Origin: Mobula hypostoma
Taxonomy: Eukaryota
Assembly (NCBI RefSeq): GCF_963921235.1
Contig: NC_086097.1
Location: forward strand, 132,310,001 to 132,374,000
Length of the DNA stretch: 64,000 bases
Reading direction: 5' to 3'
In this document: one piece after another, positions 39,061-52,039 of the stretch
Position numbering within the stretch: position 1 is the first letter of the stretch
How the letters are laid out: every line of letters begins with the position of its first letter
The notes under the pieces: model-generated
Databases searched by the model: none
Told to the model about the DNA's origin: nothing
The model's input: only the letters and a program-made list of their open reading frames with translations
Made by a program: the position numbers and the translations under genes

Positions 39061-39255
39061 GTGGAAACTGGGTCTGCATCTGTGTCCCAGAATATGTATG
39101 TGTGTCCCCGGATCTGTATGTGCATTCTGGAACAAGGGTCTGTATTTGCATTCTTGAACTCAGGGTCTGCATAAACGTTCTGGGGTATAGGTCACTATTT
39201 GTGACCGTGAACACATTGTGTATGCATGCGTTCTGGAACCTGGGGCTGTATGTTG
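39061..39255. repeat. Degenerate ~26-bp minisatellite
   Basis: Recurrent gggtctgtatgtgcattctggaac-like unit. Confidence 0.6.
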
Positions 39256-40447
39256 GCTGCTGGAGGAACATAAAAATGAATTATCAATGTTTTAGATTAA
39301 GACCTTGTACCATGTCTGGACAAAATGATCAAGAACATGTCTTCCTAAACCTGGGTCTGAACACCTCCTATTTTATGCAGGATTTCTCAAGCAATCCTAA
39401 TCCAAGGCCTGAGCATCTCTCCAGATCTCATTACTGTACCATCATCCTCCAATCACAGGCGGTGTACTCCAGTCATATTGGGCAGGCAGGTACTCCTGGA
39501 CTGACTACTTGTCAAAAAGGGCTTCTCTGTAATTCCTCTTCATCACCCTCCATTTTGACCACGCACACTTTGGAAGTGGTGGCAAAGTGGCACTGGGTAG
39601 ATCAATTCAAAGTGTTCTTCAATAGGCTGGTGAATAATTCATTCTGCTCAGGACTGATTAATAACCTGATGGCTGGTTAAATATTCTGGGCCTTTGACTG
39701 CAAGCGAACATCATTTACATGCTGCAAATTATTGAACCAATATTGATGCATTTTACATCAAAGGAAATCTTCCAAAGCCAGCATTGAAAGTTTATAATTG
39801 CTTGCAGAAAAGTATTTCCTCATGGTATAAAGCTGAAAATTAGTAACTGTTTTGCCATTTTAAGTTTAAGTAACATTACTATTTATTTATGATTAGCCTA
39901 CGGCCATGAATAGGTGCTTCCTGTAGGTTGCACCATAACACATGCATGTGTTCCCCAAATTTCTGCATGTTGCTGCCTGCTGTCTAACAAGAGACTCTTT
40001 GGATCTTAACACAAGTGACTTGTTACATTCAGTGTGTCTTACAAATGAACATACAACTAAGGAGGTCTAGCCACTCAGCTCTTCAAGCTGACTCCGCATT
40101 TAATACATTCATGGTTTTAACCTTAACTCTGTATTCATTTCTAACTTCTTGCTTATTAGAATGTATCTACATCTGCCTCAAATCTATCTTACCTCTATTT
40201 CTCGACCCTAAAAAATATTCAAAGGTACTGTTGCCATCACCTTTTGAGGAGAAGAATTCAACTGCCGTTCTTGCCATAACCTCAACACCTCAGGATCAAG
40301 GGTTTAGTCCTGACCTCTGGTGCTCTTTGTATAGAGTCTGCACATTCTCCGGAAATACTCAGCCATAATCTACTGTTGTCCAAGCCAAGCACTGTTTGGT
40401 TGAACTGTATGAATGACAAAGCACAACTGGGACGTCTGAGTAAAAGC

Positions 40448-40639
40448 AACACACATCAAAGTTGCTGGTGAACGCAGCAGGCCAGGCAGCATCTCTAGGA
40501 AGAGATACAGTCGACGTTTCGGGCCGAGACAAAGGGTCTCGGCCCGAAACGTCGACTGTACCTCTTCCTACTGCGTTCACCAGCAACTTTGATGTGTGTT
40601 GCCTGAATTTCCAGCATCTGCAGAATTCCTCGTGTTTAG
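40448..40639 (+). mobile_element. Fold-back PLE mini-insertion
   Basis: Near-perfect hairpin centred at ~40533; 14-bp TSD gtctgagtaaaagc at 40434-40447 and 40640-40653. Confidence 0.9.
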
Positions 40640-40699
40640 GTCTGAGTAAAAGCTTACATACTACAAATTCTGCTACAAACTGAGAAATGGCGACATCGA

Positions 40700-40935
40700 G
40701 TGAATCTATCTTAGTGCTATTGAATGAGGGAAAAGTATTATACAGGACATGAGAAAAAACCTCCCTCTCTTCATAAACAGCGACCATGTATGTAATTCCA
40801 GGTCTTTAGTGTAACATCACCCGTTCAGTTAAACACAAGAGAAATCAACCCTGGCTTTTACTGTTATTTCTGGAATGGGACCATAACCTCTGGTGTATGG
40901 AGGTGAGAATACCAGCTGGTGAGCCATAGCTGAAA
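40700..40935 (-). mobile_element. Deu-SINE-like repeat
   Basis: Resembles the other Deu-type copies; head-like gagccatagctga at the right end. Confidence 0.45.
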
Positions 40936-41135
40936 GCAAGGTTTTACATCTTGGGCTGAAAGGAGAGGAATAAGTTCCGATGCCCTCTGATAAGATGACA
41001 CAATGAGTTGAAACACCATCTCTAACTCATTTTCTATTGTTATCTGAAGACATACCTTTCTAATGAAACACAGAAACTGTAACTCTGTCTACAGTTCCTG
41101 CTACCTCAGGAAAGCAGCCATCAAAGATCCCCTCC

Positions 41136-42325
41136 ATAAGACTATAAGACATAGGAGCAGAATTAGGCCATCTGGCCCAACGAGTCTGCTCTGCCATTCA
41201 ATCATGGCTGATCCTTTTTTTTTATCTCCTCCTAACCCCAGTTCCCAGCCTTCTCATAACTTTTGATGCCATGTCCAATCAAGAACCTATCAATTTCTGC
41301 TTTAAATACACCCAACGACCTGGCCTTCACAGCTGCATGTGGCAACAAATTCACCACTCTTTGGCTAAAGAAATTTCTCTGCATCTCTGTTTTGAAAGGG
41401 CGTCCCTCTATCCTGAGGTTATGCCCTCTTGTCCTGGACTCTCCCACCATGGGAAACATAGAAACATAGAAACATAGAAAATAGGTGCAGGAGTAGGCCA
41501 TTCGGCCCTTCGAGCCTGCACCACCATTTATTATGATCATGGCTGATCATCCAACTCAGAACCCCGCCCCAGCCTTCCCTCCATACCACCTGACCCCCGT
41601 AGCCACAAGGGCCATATCTAACTCCCTCTTAAATATAGCCAATGAACTGGCGTCAACTGTTTCCTGTGGCAGAGAATTCCACAGATTCACCACTCTCTGT
41701 GTGAAGAAGTTTTTCCTAATCTCGGTCCTAAAAGGCTTCCCCTTTATCCTCAAACTGTGACCCCTTGTTCTGGACTTCCCCAACATCGGGAACAATCTTC
41801 CTGCATCTAGCCTGTCCAATCCCTTTAGGATTTTATACGTTTCAATCAAATCCCCCCTCAATCTTCTAAATTCCAACGAGTACAAGCCCAGTTCATCCAG
41901 TCTTTCTTCATATGAAAGTTCTGCCATCCCAGAAATCAATCTGGTGAACCTTCTTTGTACTCCCTCTATGGCAAGGATGTCTTTCCTCAGATTAGGGGAC
42001 CAAAACTGCACACAATACTCCATCTTTTCCACATCTGTCTAGGCCTTTCAACATTTGAAAGGTTTCAATGATCCTCCCCTCATCTTTCTGAATTCCAGCA
42101 AGTACAGACCCAGAGCTAACAAACGTTCCTTGTATGATAACCCTTTCATTCCTGGAATTATCTTTGTGAACCTCCTCTGCACCCTCTCCAATGTCAGCAC
42201 ATCTTTTCTAATATGAGGGGCCCAAAACTGTTCACAATACTCAAGGTGAGGTCTCACCAGTGCCTTATAAAGCCTTAGCATCACATCCTTGTTGTTGTGT
42301 TCTAGACCTCTTGAAATGAATGATA
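41136..42325 (-). mobile_element. CR1 3' fragment with a younger CR1 nested at 41456-42020
   Basis: Outer element: RPHLEYCEQFWAP and GESRTRGHNL. Inner element: EYCVQFWSP...FTQRVVNLWNSLP with a (ctatgttt)n tail. Confidence 0.9.
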
Positions 42326-44387
42326 AGTGATGTGCTACAGAGACATAAACTTTTGTTTACAGTTTATACAAGCCACTTGAATGCAAAAGTACAGTTTTAA
42401 ATTTGCTGATGATACAAAGATAGGTGGGAAAGGAAGGTGTGAGAAGGACATAAGCAGGTTACAAAGCTACATAGATCCATAGCTGATGAATTTTCAATTT
42501 TGATGAGAACAATAAAAATGAAGCATATTATTCCAGTGATGACAGACAGTTGAAATCTGCAAAGCAACCAGTTCTGCTGTCCAAGTACTGTATATGTGTA
42601 GATAATTTTGCAGGCTAACAGAATGTTATTGTTTATTGTTAGGTGAATTGAATACATAACTAGGGAAGTTATACTTCACCTATACAAGACATTGGTGAGG
42701 CCAAATGTATACAGTTCAGGTCTCCTTCATTAAGGATGTTAATACATGGAAGAGGGGGTTTCAAAAACTCATGTGAGATGATTAAATGGAGACCACAAAG
42801 GGCAGCAGAGAGGAAGGTGATAAGTGGAAACAGGTATTGATAGGACAGTGGGGCTAGGAATAGGGGACATTGATTGTGTGTGGGGGTGCAGGGAGAGTGA
42901 TAGGGAGAGAGGACCAAGGTGGAGGCAGGTTAAGTGACAAGCAACATAGAACTGGGTGAGTTGGGAGAAGGATCACTGTGATAGAGCAGAAGTTACAAAG
43001 ATTTGAGAGCAAGTACCTTCTATCCTACTGTTATAAGACTCTCAAATGACCCCTTGTTTGATAAAGATAAAGCCTGAATTTCCCAATTTACATCATTGTG
43101 GTCTTGCAATTTATCAGCTTATGCACACTGCACATTCTTTGGAGCTGTAACAGTACATTCTGCATTCTGGGGTTTTTTTGCCCCATTGCACTACCTCAAT
43201 GTTCTTTATGTATGGAATGATCTGTCTTGATGGCAAAAGATTTTCAATTTATCTTGGTACATGTGACAATAATAAGCATATTACCAATTTTGTATTTTTA
43301 TGAGACTCTGGCCATTTTAGCACAAGGAGGAGGGCGTATAGAAAGATAGAAGTCCAGCTACGGGGTATGTTCAGGAGTACTACCTTCACTGCATGTCTCC
43401 CTATTTTTAAGCTTCATAATTGCTCCCTATGCAATTCAGAGAAGCTTCACTTGGTTGATTCCTGGGATGGAGGTGCTGACTTATGAAGAACGGTTGAAAA
43501 CGTTGGACTAATACTTCTTGGAAATAAGAATGAAAGGTGATCATATTGATTCTGAGTGGGGTTCATGGGCAATTGCTGAGATGATTTTTCTCCCTGAGGG
43601 GAACACAGAATTGGCAGGCATTCGTTGAGAATAATGTGCTGCCCACTTAAAGGAGCAGAAAAGAGGGATTTATTTTCCCTGAAGATTGTGAAGCTTTGGA
43701 ATTCTGCACTTCCAGAGAATTAGGAGGATGATTCATGAAATATATTGAGGGCAGAGATTCACATTCTTGAACCTTAGGGAGGTGAAAGGTTAAGAGGCAC
43801 AGGAAAGAGGAACTGAGGCTAATTATCAGAGGAACCATGGCCTGGTTAAATGGAAGACCAAGCTTGTGAGACTAGGAAACATTAAGTGATGTAAATTAAT
43901 GGAATATCAACTGGCACCAGTGTTGGCCTTATCTTTTACAAACACTTATTTCACACAACAAAACGATCTGAAGGTAGCTGGGAAACATGTACAACACTAT
44001 TTAACAATTGAGATTCTTGTGTGGGAGAACTTACTCTTCTCCCACATTGGTTGCTCTCAGATCTCTGGCAGCCAGTAGCTATCATGCTATTAAACTACAT
44101 GAGGAACCAATCACATTGAAGAATTGGCACAAGTAGCGCAGTAAGAAGTGACACTTAATTAATTTATTAAATATATTGTAAAATGCTATTAGAACATTCA
44201 TGTGCCATTCATGTAGAAGAGAATATATTAATAAAAACTAGCCTCCGTTGATGTTAAAATTCATTGTGGCTTGCAGAAAATGGAGACCATTTACTTGTGT
44301 CAACATTAAATGCTTTTTACTGTTAGATAATTATGCAATAATTCTGGCTGAAAACAGCAATAACTATCACTTAGATCTCATGTAATT

Positions 44388-44475
44388 GAGGGTTTCGGCC
44401 CAAAACGTCGACTAAACTTTTTTTTCCACAAATGCTGCCTGATCCGTTGAGTTCCTCCAGCATTTTGTATGTGAT
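44388..44475 (+). mobile_element. Older PLE pLTR, target of a younger insertion
   Basis: agggtttcggcccaaaacgtcgact...gagttcctccagcattttgt. Confidence 0.7.
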
Positions 44476-44541
44476 CAAGCAACACACATCAAAGTTACTG
44501 GTGAACGCAGCAGGCCAGGCAGCATCTCTAGAAAGCGGTAC

Positions 44542-44577
44542 AGTCGACGTTTCAGGCCGAGACCCTTCGTCAGGACT
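44542..44577 (-). ncRNA. Minimal hammerhead ribozyme motif
   Basis: agtc-CTGACGA-agggtctcggcct-GAAAC-GTC-gact on the minus strand. Confidence 0.8.
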
Positions 44578-45259
44578 AACTGAAGGAAGAGCTAGTAAGA
44601 GATTTGAAAGTGGGAGGGGGGAGGAGGAGATCCAAAAAAATCGGAGAAGACAGGAGGGGGAGGGTTGGAGCCAAGAATTGGACAGGTGATTGGCAAAAGG
44701 GATATGAGAGGATCATGGGACAGGAGGCCCAGGGAGAAGGAAAAAGGGGAGGGGGGAAAACCCAGAGAATGGGCAAGGGGTATAGTCAGAGGGACAGAGG
44801 GAGAAAAAGGAGAGAGAGAGGAAGAATGTGTGTATATAAATAATGGATGGGGTACGAGGGGGAGGTGGGGCATTAGCGGAAGTTAGAGAAGTCGATGTTC
44901 ATGCCATCAGGTTGGAGGCTACCCAGACGGAATATAAGATGTTGTTCCTCCAACCGCCCAGACGGAATGTGTTGTGCCTCCAACCCCATCTGTTACTTTT
45001 ATACACACATTCTTTCTCTCACTCTCCTTTTTCTCCCTCTGTCCCTCTGACTATACCCCTTGCCCATCCTCTGGGTTTTTCCCCTGCTCCCCCTTTTCCT
45101 TCTCCCTGGGCCTCCTGTCCCATGATCCTCTCATATCCCTTTTGCCTATCACCTGTCCAGCTCTTGGCTCCATCCCTCCCCCTCCTGTCTTCTCCTATCA
45201 TTTTGGATCTCCCCCTCCCCCTCCAACTTTCAAACCTCTTACTAACTCTTCCTTCAGTT

Positions 45260-45295
45260 AGTCCTGACGAAGGGTCTCGGCCTGAAACGTTGACT
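45260..45295 (+). ncRNA. Minimal hammerhead ribozyme motif
   Basis: agtc-CTGACGA-agggtctcggcct-GAAAC-GTT-gact. Confidence 0.75.
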
Positions 45296-46159
45296 GTACC
45301 TCTTCCTAGAGATGCTGCGTTCACCAGCAACTTTGATGTGTGTTGCTTGAATTTCCAGCATCTGCAGAATTCCTTGTGTTTTTGTATGTGATACCAATTT
45401 TCAGTGGATGTTACCACAAAACTAGCTTGCAAGTGGGTGAAGTTAAGGCCAGGCTTATAGTTGTGCTGGAGGTGGCTGCAAGTGGTACATCTTGACTCAC
45501 TGACATCAGTTTTTGGGTTTTATTCAACAATGCTTCAGTGCATGAAGTAATGGCAGCATTTTTCCACAACCACCACAAAATTCAGCAATAGTTTTAATTC
45601 CTAACCTCTCAAATCATTGGTCTCCTTTTACCTTCCCTCAATGGTCTTGGCAAAGAGGGTTTTATTTTATCAATGGCATCTTGAGTCAAGACTTAAGTCC
45701 AGCTTCCCAATCTGGAACAAATGCCTTCATTTATTTCTTGCAATTACTTCTCAAAATTTAATCCTACCATGATCAAACAGCAAAATGCACACAATTCAAA
45801 TGTGTGTTCAGTTGATTTACCTGGCCAAGTTTAGAAGGCTTTTGGGAGGGGTTGCCTCCAGGGGTTCCTCTGAGTTAAAGGTGCCAGTGTTGGCATACCC
45901 TATTACAGGCACAGAGGGGCATTCTATCCTGTGGTCTTTGGAGTTTCTACATGTTTCCCATAACTCAAGATGAAAGGATAGTAATGTCTCTCAGCATTGC
46001 CTGATTATTCAAGCAAATGCATCAAATATTTTAAGAGCAGAAAAAAAGAATTTTTTTAAAAAATGGGGATAACTAACCAGTGTTTTGAAAAAACGCTAAT
46101 TAGTCACAGTTGGTTGAGAAATATTTGAAAGGGGAAATCTGACCACTGGGAATTGCATG

Positions 46160-46450
46160 TGTTACGTACCCTGTAACTGGGTTACCAAACCAGCAGAAAT
46201 GGAACACTCGTTGGAGTCTGTTATTACTAGGAACTAATAAAGTTTTATTAAAGAAATAAGTAATACAGTACACTAATCGCAAGGATATAAATGTAACAGG
46301 TTAGCAAAGATAATATACACATATACACAGAAATAGGGTAATAGGAATCAACCAAGCTCTATCGCAGTCTAGGGGTAAAATGATCAGTCTTAAGTGAAGC
46401 AGAGTTCAGTTCAGTTTAGTGCAGTTCGAAGTAATCGCTGTTGTTGTACT

Positions 46451-46501
<51 letters not shown>

Positions 46502-46984
46502 AGATGCAGTTGGTTTCGGGCAGACCTTTTGATGTCTTCTGATCCCACTGTGGTCACCGACTGTGACCCCTCCGTTCCGAATATGATCGTTCTTCTGCGG
46601 TGAACCCGGCATCCAGGCAAGGGCGGACACACACCCCAGGTTCCCACCGATCGTACCTTTACACCCTGTGAGCCTCTGACCGATTTCCACGAACTGGCCC
46701 TTCAAACTTCCACCAACTTGTGGGGGCACACTGCTCTTTCCAGGGTCTCGTGGTGTGTCGTGCCTTAGCAAATCTGCTCTTTTTATTCCCCTGCTGGGGT
46801 ATCACCTGTCCATCAAACTTCAAACAGTTCAGGTTCAAAGCAAATGGTCTGTCAATATCTGAATTGTGTTTCTTTCTCGTTAATCTCTCTCTTCTCTCTT
46901 ATTAGCATTTTGAATGTTTCTCCATTGTCTTCCGTTATCTCTCTCATTAGCATCACCTGTCCGGTAGCTCTGCTTGGCGTCACA
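46160..46984 (-). mobile_element. Solo LTR (825 bp, Gypsy- or ERV-type)
   Basis: TGTTACG...CGTCACA termini; 4-bp TSD catg; internal (GA)n. Strand is inferred from AATAAA and is tentative. Confidence 0.85.
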
Positions 46985-47399
46985 CATGACACATGTTAGA
47001 AATGTTACATGGAATTTTTTTATTAATTTTAATGTTCTGAAGGTTTTTCTCCTACGTTCTCTTTATTTATTCATGCATCCAGTTAGGGGATGCATTGTGA
47101 CGACATCATCAGAATGGAGTGCATGGAATGAGGTTTGGAAAGAAGTGCATTAACATGACTCCACAGGAATAGGAAAATAATGTCAGCTCTCTGGGTTGGC
47201 CAAGAGAAGGATCGCTCACTGTTTTACTCAGGCAGGTCCAGTGCTGGTGTCATCCCTCTGTATACTATCACCCGCAGATTTGGAGGTTGGGTAGACGAGC
47301 AAGCACATCGAGAAACATTGAGGAGATTTAAAACAGAACTCTTCTAATATATAAGACCAAAATCATAAGTAATATTGATGGGTGGACTAGTGGACAGAG

Positions 47400-48525
47400 T
47401 TCTGGATGCATCAGGATGTTGCTTATTGATTTCACCTCGGCGTTTATCCTGATTATCCCTCAGAGGGTAGTGGATAAAATGTTCTCGTTGGGACACCCTT
47501 CTCTGAAACTGGATCTTGGACTTCTTGACAGAAAGACCCCGGGTAGTCCAAGTTGCCAGCAACATCTCAAGCTCCATCATACTAAGCACTGGTGCCCTGC
47601 CCCAAAGGTTTGTGGGCTCAGTCTGCTGCTGTTCACGTAGTTAACTCATGACTGCACTGCCAGATTCAGCTCAAACTACAACATCAAGTTCACTCTTGAT
47701 GGCCTCGTCAGTAGCAATGATGAGCTGGCATACAGAGTGGAGGTAGAGAGGCTTGACAAATGGTGTGAGAGTAACAACCCGAGTTTCAACATGAACAAGA
47801 CAAAAAAGATGATTGTGGATTTCAGGAAGGCACAGTTCGACCTCTCTCCATTGCATGTCAACGGCTCTATCATGGTGAGATTGAAGAGTACAAAGTTCCT
47901 TGATGTGCACTTAATGGGTGTTCTAACCCGGACCCACAGCACCTCTTCACTAGTCAAGAAGGCACAGCAGTGTCTGCACAAGGCTTCTCACCTCCAGGCT
48001 AACATTCCAGAGGAGCACCATCGAGAGTGTCCTGTCTGGCTGCATCATTGTGTGGGACAGAGGTTGCAAGGCATCAGACTGCAAGACCCTACAGCGGACA
48101 ATAAAAACATCTGAGAGCAATATTGTGGTCTCCCTCCTCCCTATTTGTGACATTTACTGGCAGCTTTGCAGATGAAGGGCCTAAAGCACCTTTGAAGATC
48201 CCTACCACCCATCCCACAATCTCTTTGACCCACTACCATCAAGAAGGAGGCACAGGAGCATCAGGACTCAGACTGCCAGACTGGTTAACAGCTTCTTCCT
48301 TCAGACTTTGAGATTAATGAATAACCTGCCACCACTGAGGTCTCAACACTAGGGCAGCGAGCTGTTTACTGTTTACCTGTGCCATGCTTTACGACATGCA
48401 TTCTGAATTATATTTTATAATATTTAGATTTATGTGCTGTGTATAATAAATGTTGTGTGGGTGCATCATGGTCTGGAGGAACGTTGTTTCATTTGGTTGT
48501 GTATCAGTGACATTGAACTTGCACT
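47400..48525 (+). mobile_element. Rex1/Babar LINE RT and 3' end
   Basis: MLLIDFTSAF..IIP; WCESNN..FN.NKTK.MIVDFRK; KFLDVH; LVKKAQQ.L. Confidence 0.85.
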
Positions 48526-48699
48526 TGGGCTACTGATCCAGAAGCAAATGTTCGAATACCACCATGGAAGCTAAGGGTTATAAAATTCAACTGAAGTTGA
48601 AATGAAACTGAAGCCTAAAAAAAAAGATTTTGTCTGTAATGAGGGCGGGCTGCAAAGCTACCAGCTTGCTTTAAAGACCCATTGCCTTACTAATACCAT

Positions 48700-49315
48700 C
48701 TCAAGAAAGGGCCTTAGCATGCTGACTTTCATTGGTCAAGGCATTGAGTGTAAAAGCTGGGATGTTTTGTTGCAGATGCACGAGTCATTAACTGCTTTTG
48801 GAATGCAATGTTCATGTTTGATCACTCTGCCAGTGGAAGGGTGCCATTAAGCTGGAAAGAGTGCAGGGGAGATTGAAATGGGCATTGCCAGGATTCTAGG
48901 GACTGAGTTATGGACAGAGTTTGAGCATATTGGCATTTTTTATTGGAATGTAGGAGAATAAGGGGTGATTTATGGAGGTGTATAAATGATGAGGGGCATG
49001 GATAGGATGTATACAAACTTTTAAAAAAATTTCCCTAGAGTTGGCGAATTAAGAATTGGAGGGCATATTTTTATGGGGAGAGGGGAGAGATTTAATAGGA
49101 AGCTAAGGTTAGTATATAGATGATGTGCCAGAGGAAGTGGCTGAGGCAGATACATTACTAACATTTACAAAGTATATGGACAGGTGTAAGGATAGGAAAG
49201 ATTGAGAAGTTATCTGGCCAAATGAAGGCAACTGGGACTAAATTGGATGAGAATCCTGGTCGGTGAGGATCAGATGGGCCAATGGGTCTGTTTCTGTTTT
49301 GTATGACTATGACTC
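48700..49315 (+). mobile_element. CR1 3' fragment
   Basis: FIGQGIECKSWDV.LQ; ctatgact tail; splits a SINE-like repeat (48530-48690 and 49318-49450). Confidence 0.75.
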
Positions 49316-49516
49316 TCCCCTGTTTGATTCAGGTACGACTTCAAACTCACGAATATGGTTGACTCTCAGCTGCTTTCTTCAGTTCCAGGGTAATTAACAA
49401 TGGACGATAAATGCTCACCACACCTTCATCCCTAAACAAGTGAAAAATATTCAGTTTGTTCACATTAATGAGCTTACTGACTCCATCTACATACCCTGAC
49501 TTTTCAGCTTTTTTTC

Positions 49517-49554
49517 CAGACCTGATGAAGGGTCTCGGCCTGAAACGTTGACTG
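49517..49554 (+). ncRNA. Minimal hammerhead motif in a PLE pLTR (pLTR continues to ~49620)
   Basis: cagac-CTGATGA-agggtctcggcct-GAAAC-GTT-gactg; one stem I mismatch. Confidence 0.6.
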
Positions 49555-49687
49555 TTCGCTCTTTTCCATAGATGCTGCCTGGCCTGCTGAGTTCCTCCAG
49601 CATTTTGTGTAGTTTGTGTGCATTGCCTTAAGCTTCAGACTCGTCTAGTCTGAGAAAAAAGGCTGACACTTCACCCTGTCCATGCTG

Positions 49688-50270
49688 TGAGGTAATTTTA
49701 CAGCTATATAAGACCTTGGTCAGACCCCACTTGGAGTACTGTGTTCAGCTCTGGTCACCTCACTACAGGAAGGATGTGGATACTATAGAGAGAGTGCAAA
49801 GGAGATTTACAAAGATGTTGCCTGGATTGGGGAGCATGTCTTATGAGAATACGTTGAGTGAACTTGGCCTTTTCTCCTTCGCGTGATGGAGGATGAGAGG
49901 TGACCTGATTGAAGTGTATAAGATGATGAGAGGCATTGACTGTGTGGATAGCCAGAGGCTTTATCCCAGGGCCCAAATGGCTAACATGAGGGGGCACAGT
50001 TTTAAGGTGCTTGGAAGTAGGTACAAGGGGGATGTCAGAGGTAAGTCTGTCACACAGAGAGTGGTGGTTGCATGGAATGCACGGCCAGCGAAGGTGATAG
50101 AGGTGGATAAAATCGGGTCTTTTAAGGGACTCTTAGATAGGTACATGGAGCTTAGAAAAATAGAGGGCTATGCGGTAAGGAAATTCTAGGCAGTTTGTAG
50201 AGTCAGTTACATGTCGGCTGAAAGGCCTGTAATGTGCTGTAGGTTTCTGTGTTCCATGTTCTATGTTCTA
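49688..50270 (+). mobile_element. CR1 3' fragment
   Basis: RPHLEYCVQ.WSP; MRGDLIEVYKMMRGID; tatgttc tail. Confidence 0.9.
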
Positions 50271-51429
50271 TATTCCTGGCCGAAGGCTGAGACAAAAGAT
50301 AGGAGAAGCTTGCAAGAGTTAGTTCTGGGGTATGATGGTGGCATTCTTGGTAAAAGTGTTGAGAAGAGAGACATCATTGATTTTTAAGGTGCATTCACTG
50401 GACAACTGCTCCTATTGCACATTATGAGATGACTCCAGTCCCTATGAGTCAATCTCCTTATGCCACAATGGGCAATACAGTGTCAGCTTCTCATACCAGC
50501 TTCCAGAGGTCACATGATAAATGGTTGAAGATCTGGTAACAGAAGTAATGATTGTCAGCTTTGAAAGTCAGATTATCAGGGACAGCTATTGTGTGAATGG
50601 CTACCAGGGAACTAGTTAGCCTGTGAACACCATCAGACTCCTGGAAAAATTATGGATGACAACTTAACACCACTTCTTGCAAAGATCCATCACTGCTTGG
50701 GCAAATATATTTTATAAAAGGATTAGCCATCATTCAGTGAACATCAGAACTGAGTAAATATGTAATGATAAAATGAAATTTCCATGTCAAAATAATAATT
50801 GAAGGGATTCTACTGAATCTAATATCAGCAGACAGGCTTTCTGTAATCTTGTGCAGCATTTGGCCATTGTCCTGATCTACAAGGATGATCCTGAATTAGC
50901 ATGGCATACAAATCAGCTTTTGGATCTTTATAAGATTATCTATATTATGGGCTAATGCTGATATCTTCTCCAACAAACTACAACATGTTTCAGGATCAAA
51001 TTTTCAATATGAAACACACAGCTTAAATGTGATGTCAAAGATTATTGTTAAAACAAGCAATTTAGATCAACAAGAGGCTTCAGAAAATGGTTTCAAAACC
51101 TTCCATTAGCAAACTTTCAATTGTTTTTAAAGACTACCCCCATCCTTTCTCACTAGGTGTTAGAGTAATAAGCCTTATGATGATTTACTCTCAGTACTTG
51201 ACCTGGGTCAGGTTTACATAATGTATCAGCTTCATTACGTGAGACTCTTAATAGACTATTACTTATTACTATACACAATTTATATTCTAGATTATACTCT
51301 GGGGAACCTGGCTTCTTTAAGCATAGGATTCCTTACTCAATTTAGACTTAGCTCAGCATGAAATGAAGTAGAGGAGACAAACAATAGCAAGAAATGAACT
51401 GTTGGAGGACCTCAGTGGGGGACCCCAGA

Positions 51430-51660
51430 GCAAACAAAAACTGAATCGCTGGAGAAACTCATGTGGAGAGAATTGGACAGTTGACATTTTGGCTCAAGGC
51501 TCTTCATCTGGTCTCCCTTAATTTGGAGTCCAGACGAAGGAGTTCAGCCAAAAATGTTTACCATCCATTCCCCTCCACGGATGCTGCCAGGCCTGCTGAA
51601 TTTCTCCAGCAGCTCATTCTTCATTCCAGAATCCGGCATCTACAGTCTCTGCTATCTCCA
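51430..51660 (+). mobile_element. Older fold-back PLE pLTR pair
   Basis: cttcatctggtctcc-ttaattt-ggagtccagacgaag inverted junction. Confidence 0.6.
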
Positions 51661-52039
51661 AGCTAAACAGCACTATTGATGATGTTCAGTGTGGAGATAC
51701 GTAAAATGTAAAAGCCCAGGAACTGAAGGGGATTCTATATATTCAGGTATTAAACATAAGTAACAAAATAAACTCAACCAATAGAAACTGCTCTCTTCCT
51801 TTAATACCATAATGCTATGCCGGATTAAATATTTGTTCCCACTGTTGATAATAATCCATTGACCATTGGTGCTATTATTGGTGAGCATGGGCAGAAGACT
51901 CATACAATCAGAGAGGAAATAGGACATGTGGATTCATTGAGTCCACACTGATCATCAAGCATCTATGTACAGTACAATTATCTCATTTTATTCACCTTAC
52001 ATACCCTCATCTACCCTCCTCCTGAGGTTCTACCATTTA

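Larger units (their letters stand above)
44476..45379 (+). mobile_element. Young PLE insertion with ~350-bp inverted arms
   Basis: 13-bp TSD ttttgtatgtgat (44463-44475 and 45380-45392); spacer encodes EEQHLIFRLGSLQPDGMNIDFSNF on the minus strand. Confidence 0.92.

Noticed and set aside
39061..39255. CRISPR-like array
   Set aside because: Degenerate tandem units without unique spacers, in a vertebrate context.
39102..39680. 192-aa ORF
   Set aside because: Starts in a minisatellite and has no recognisable domain.
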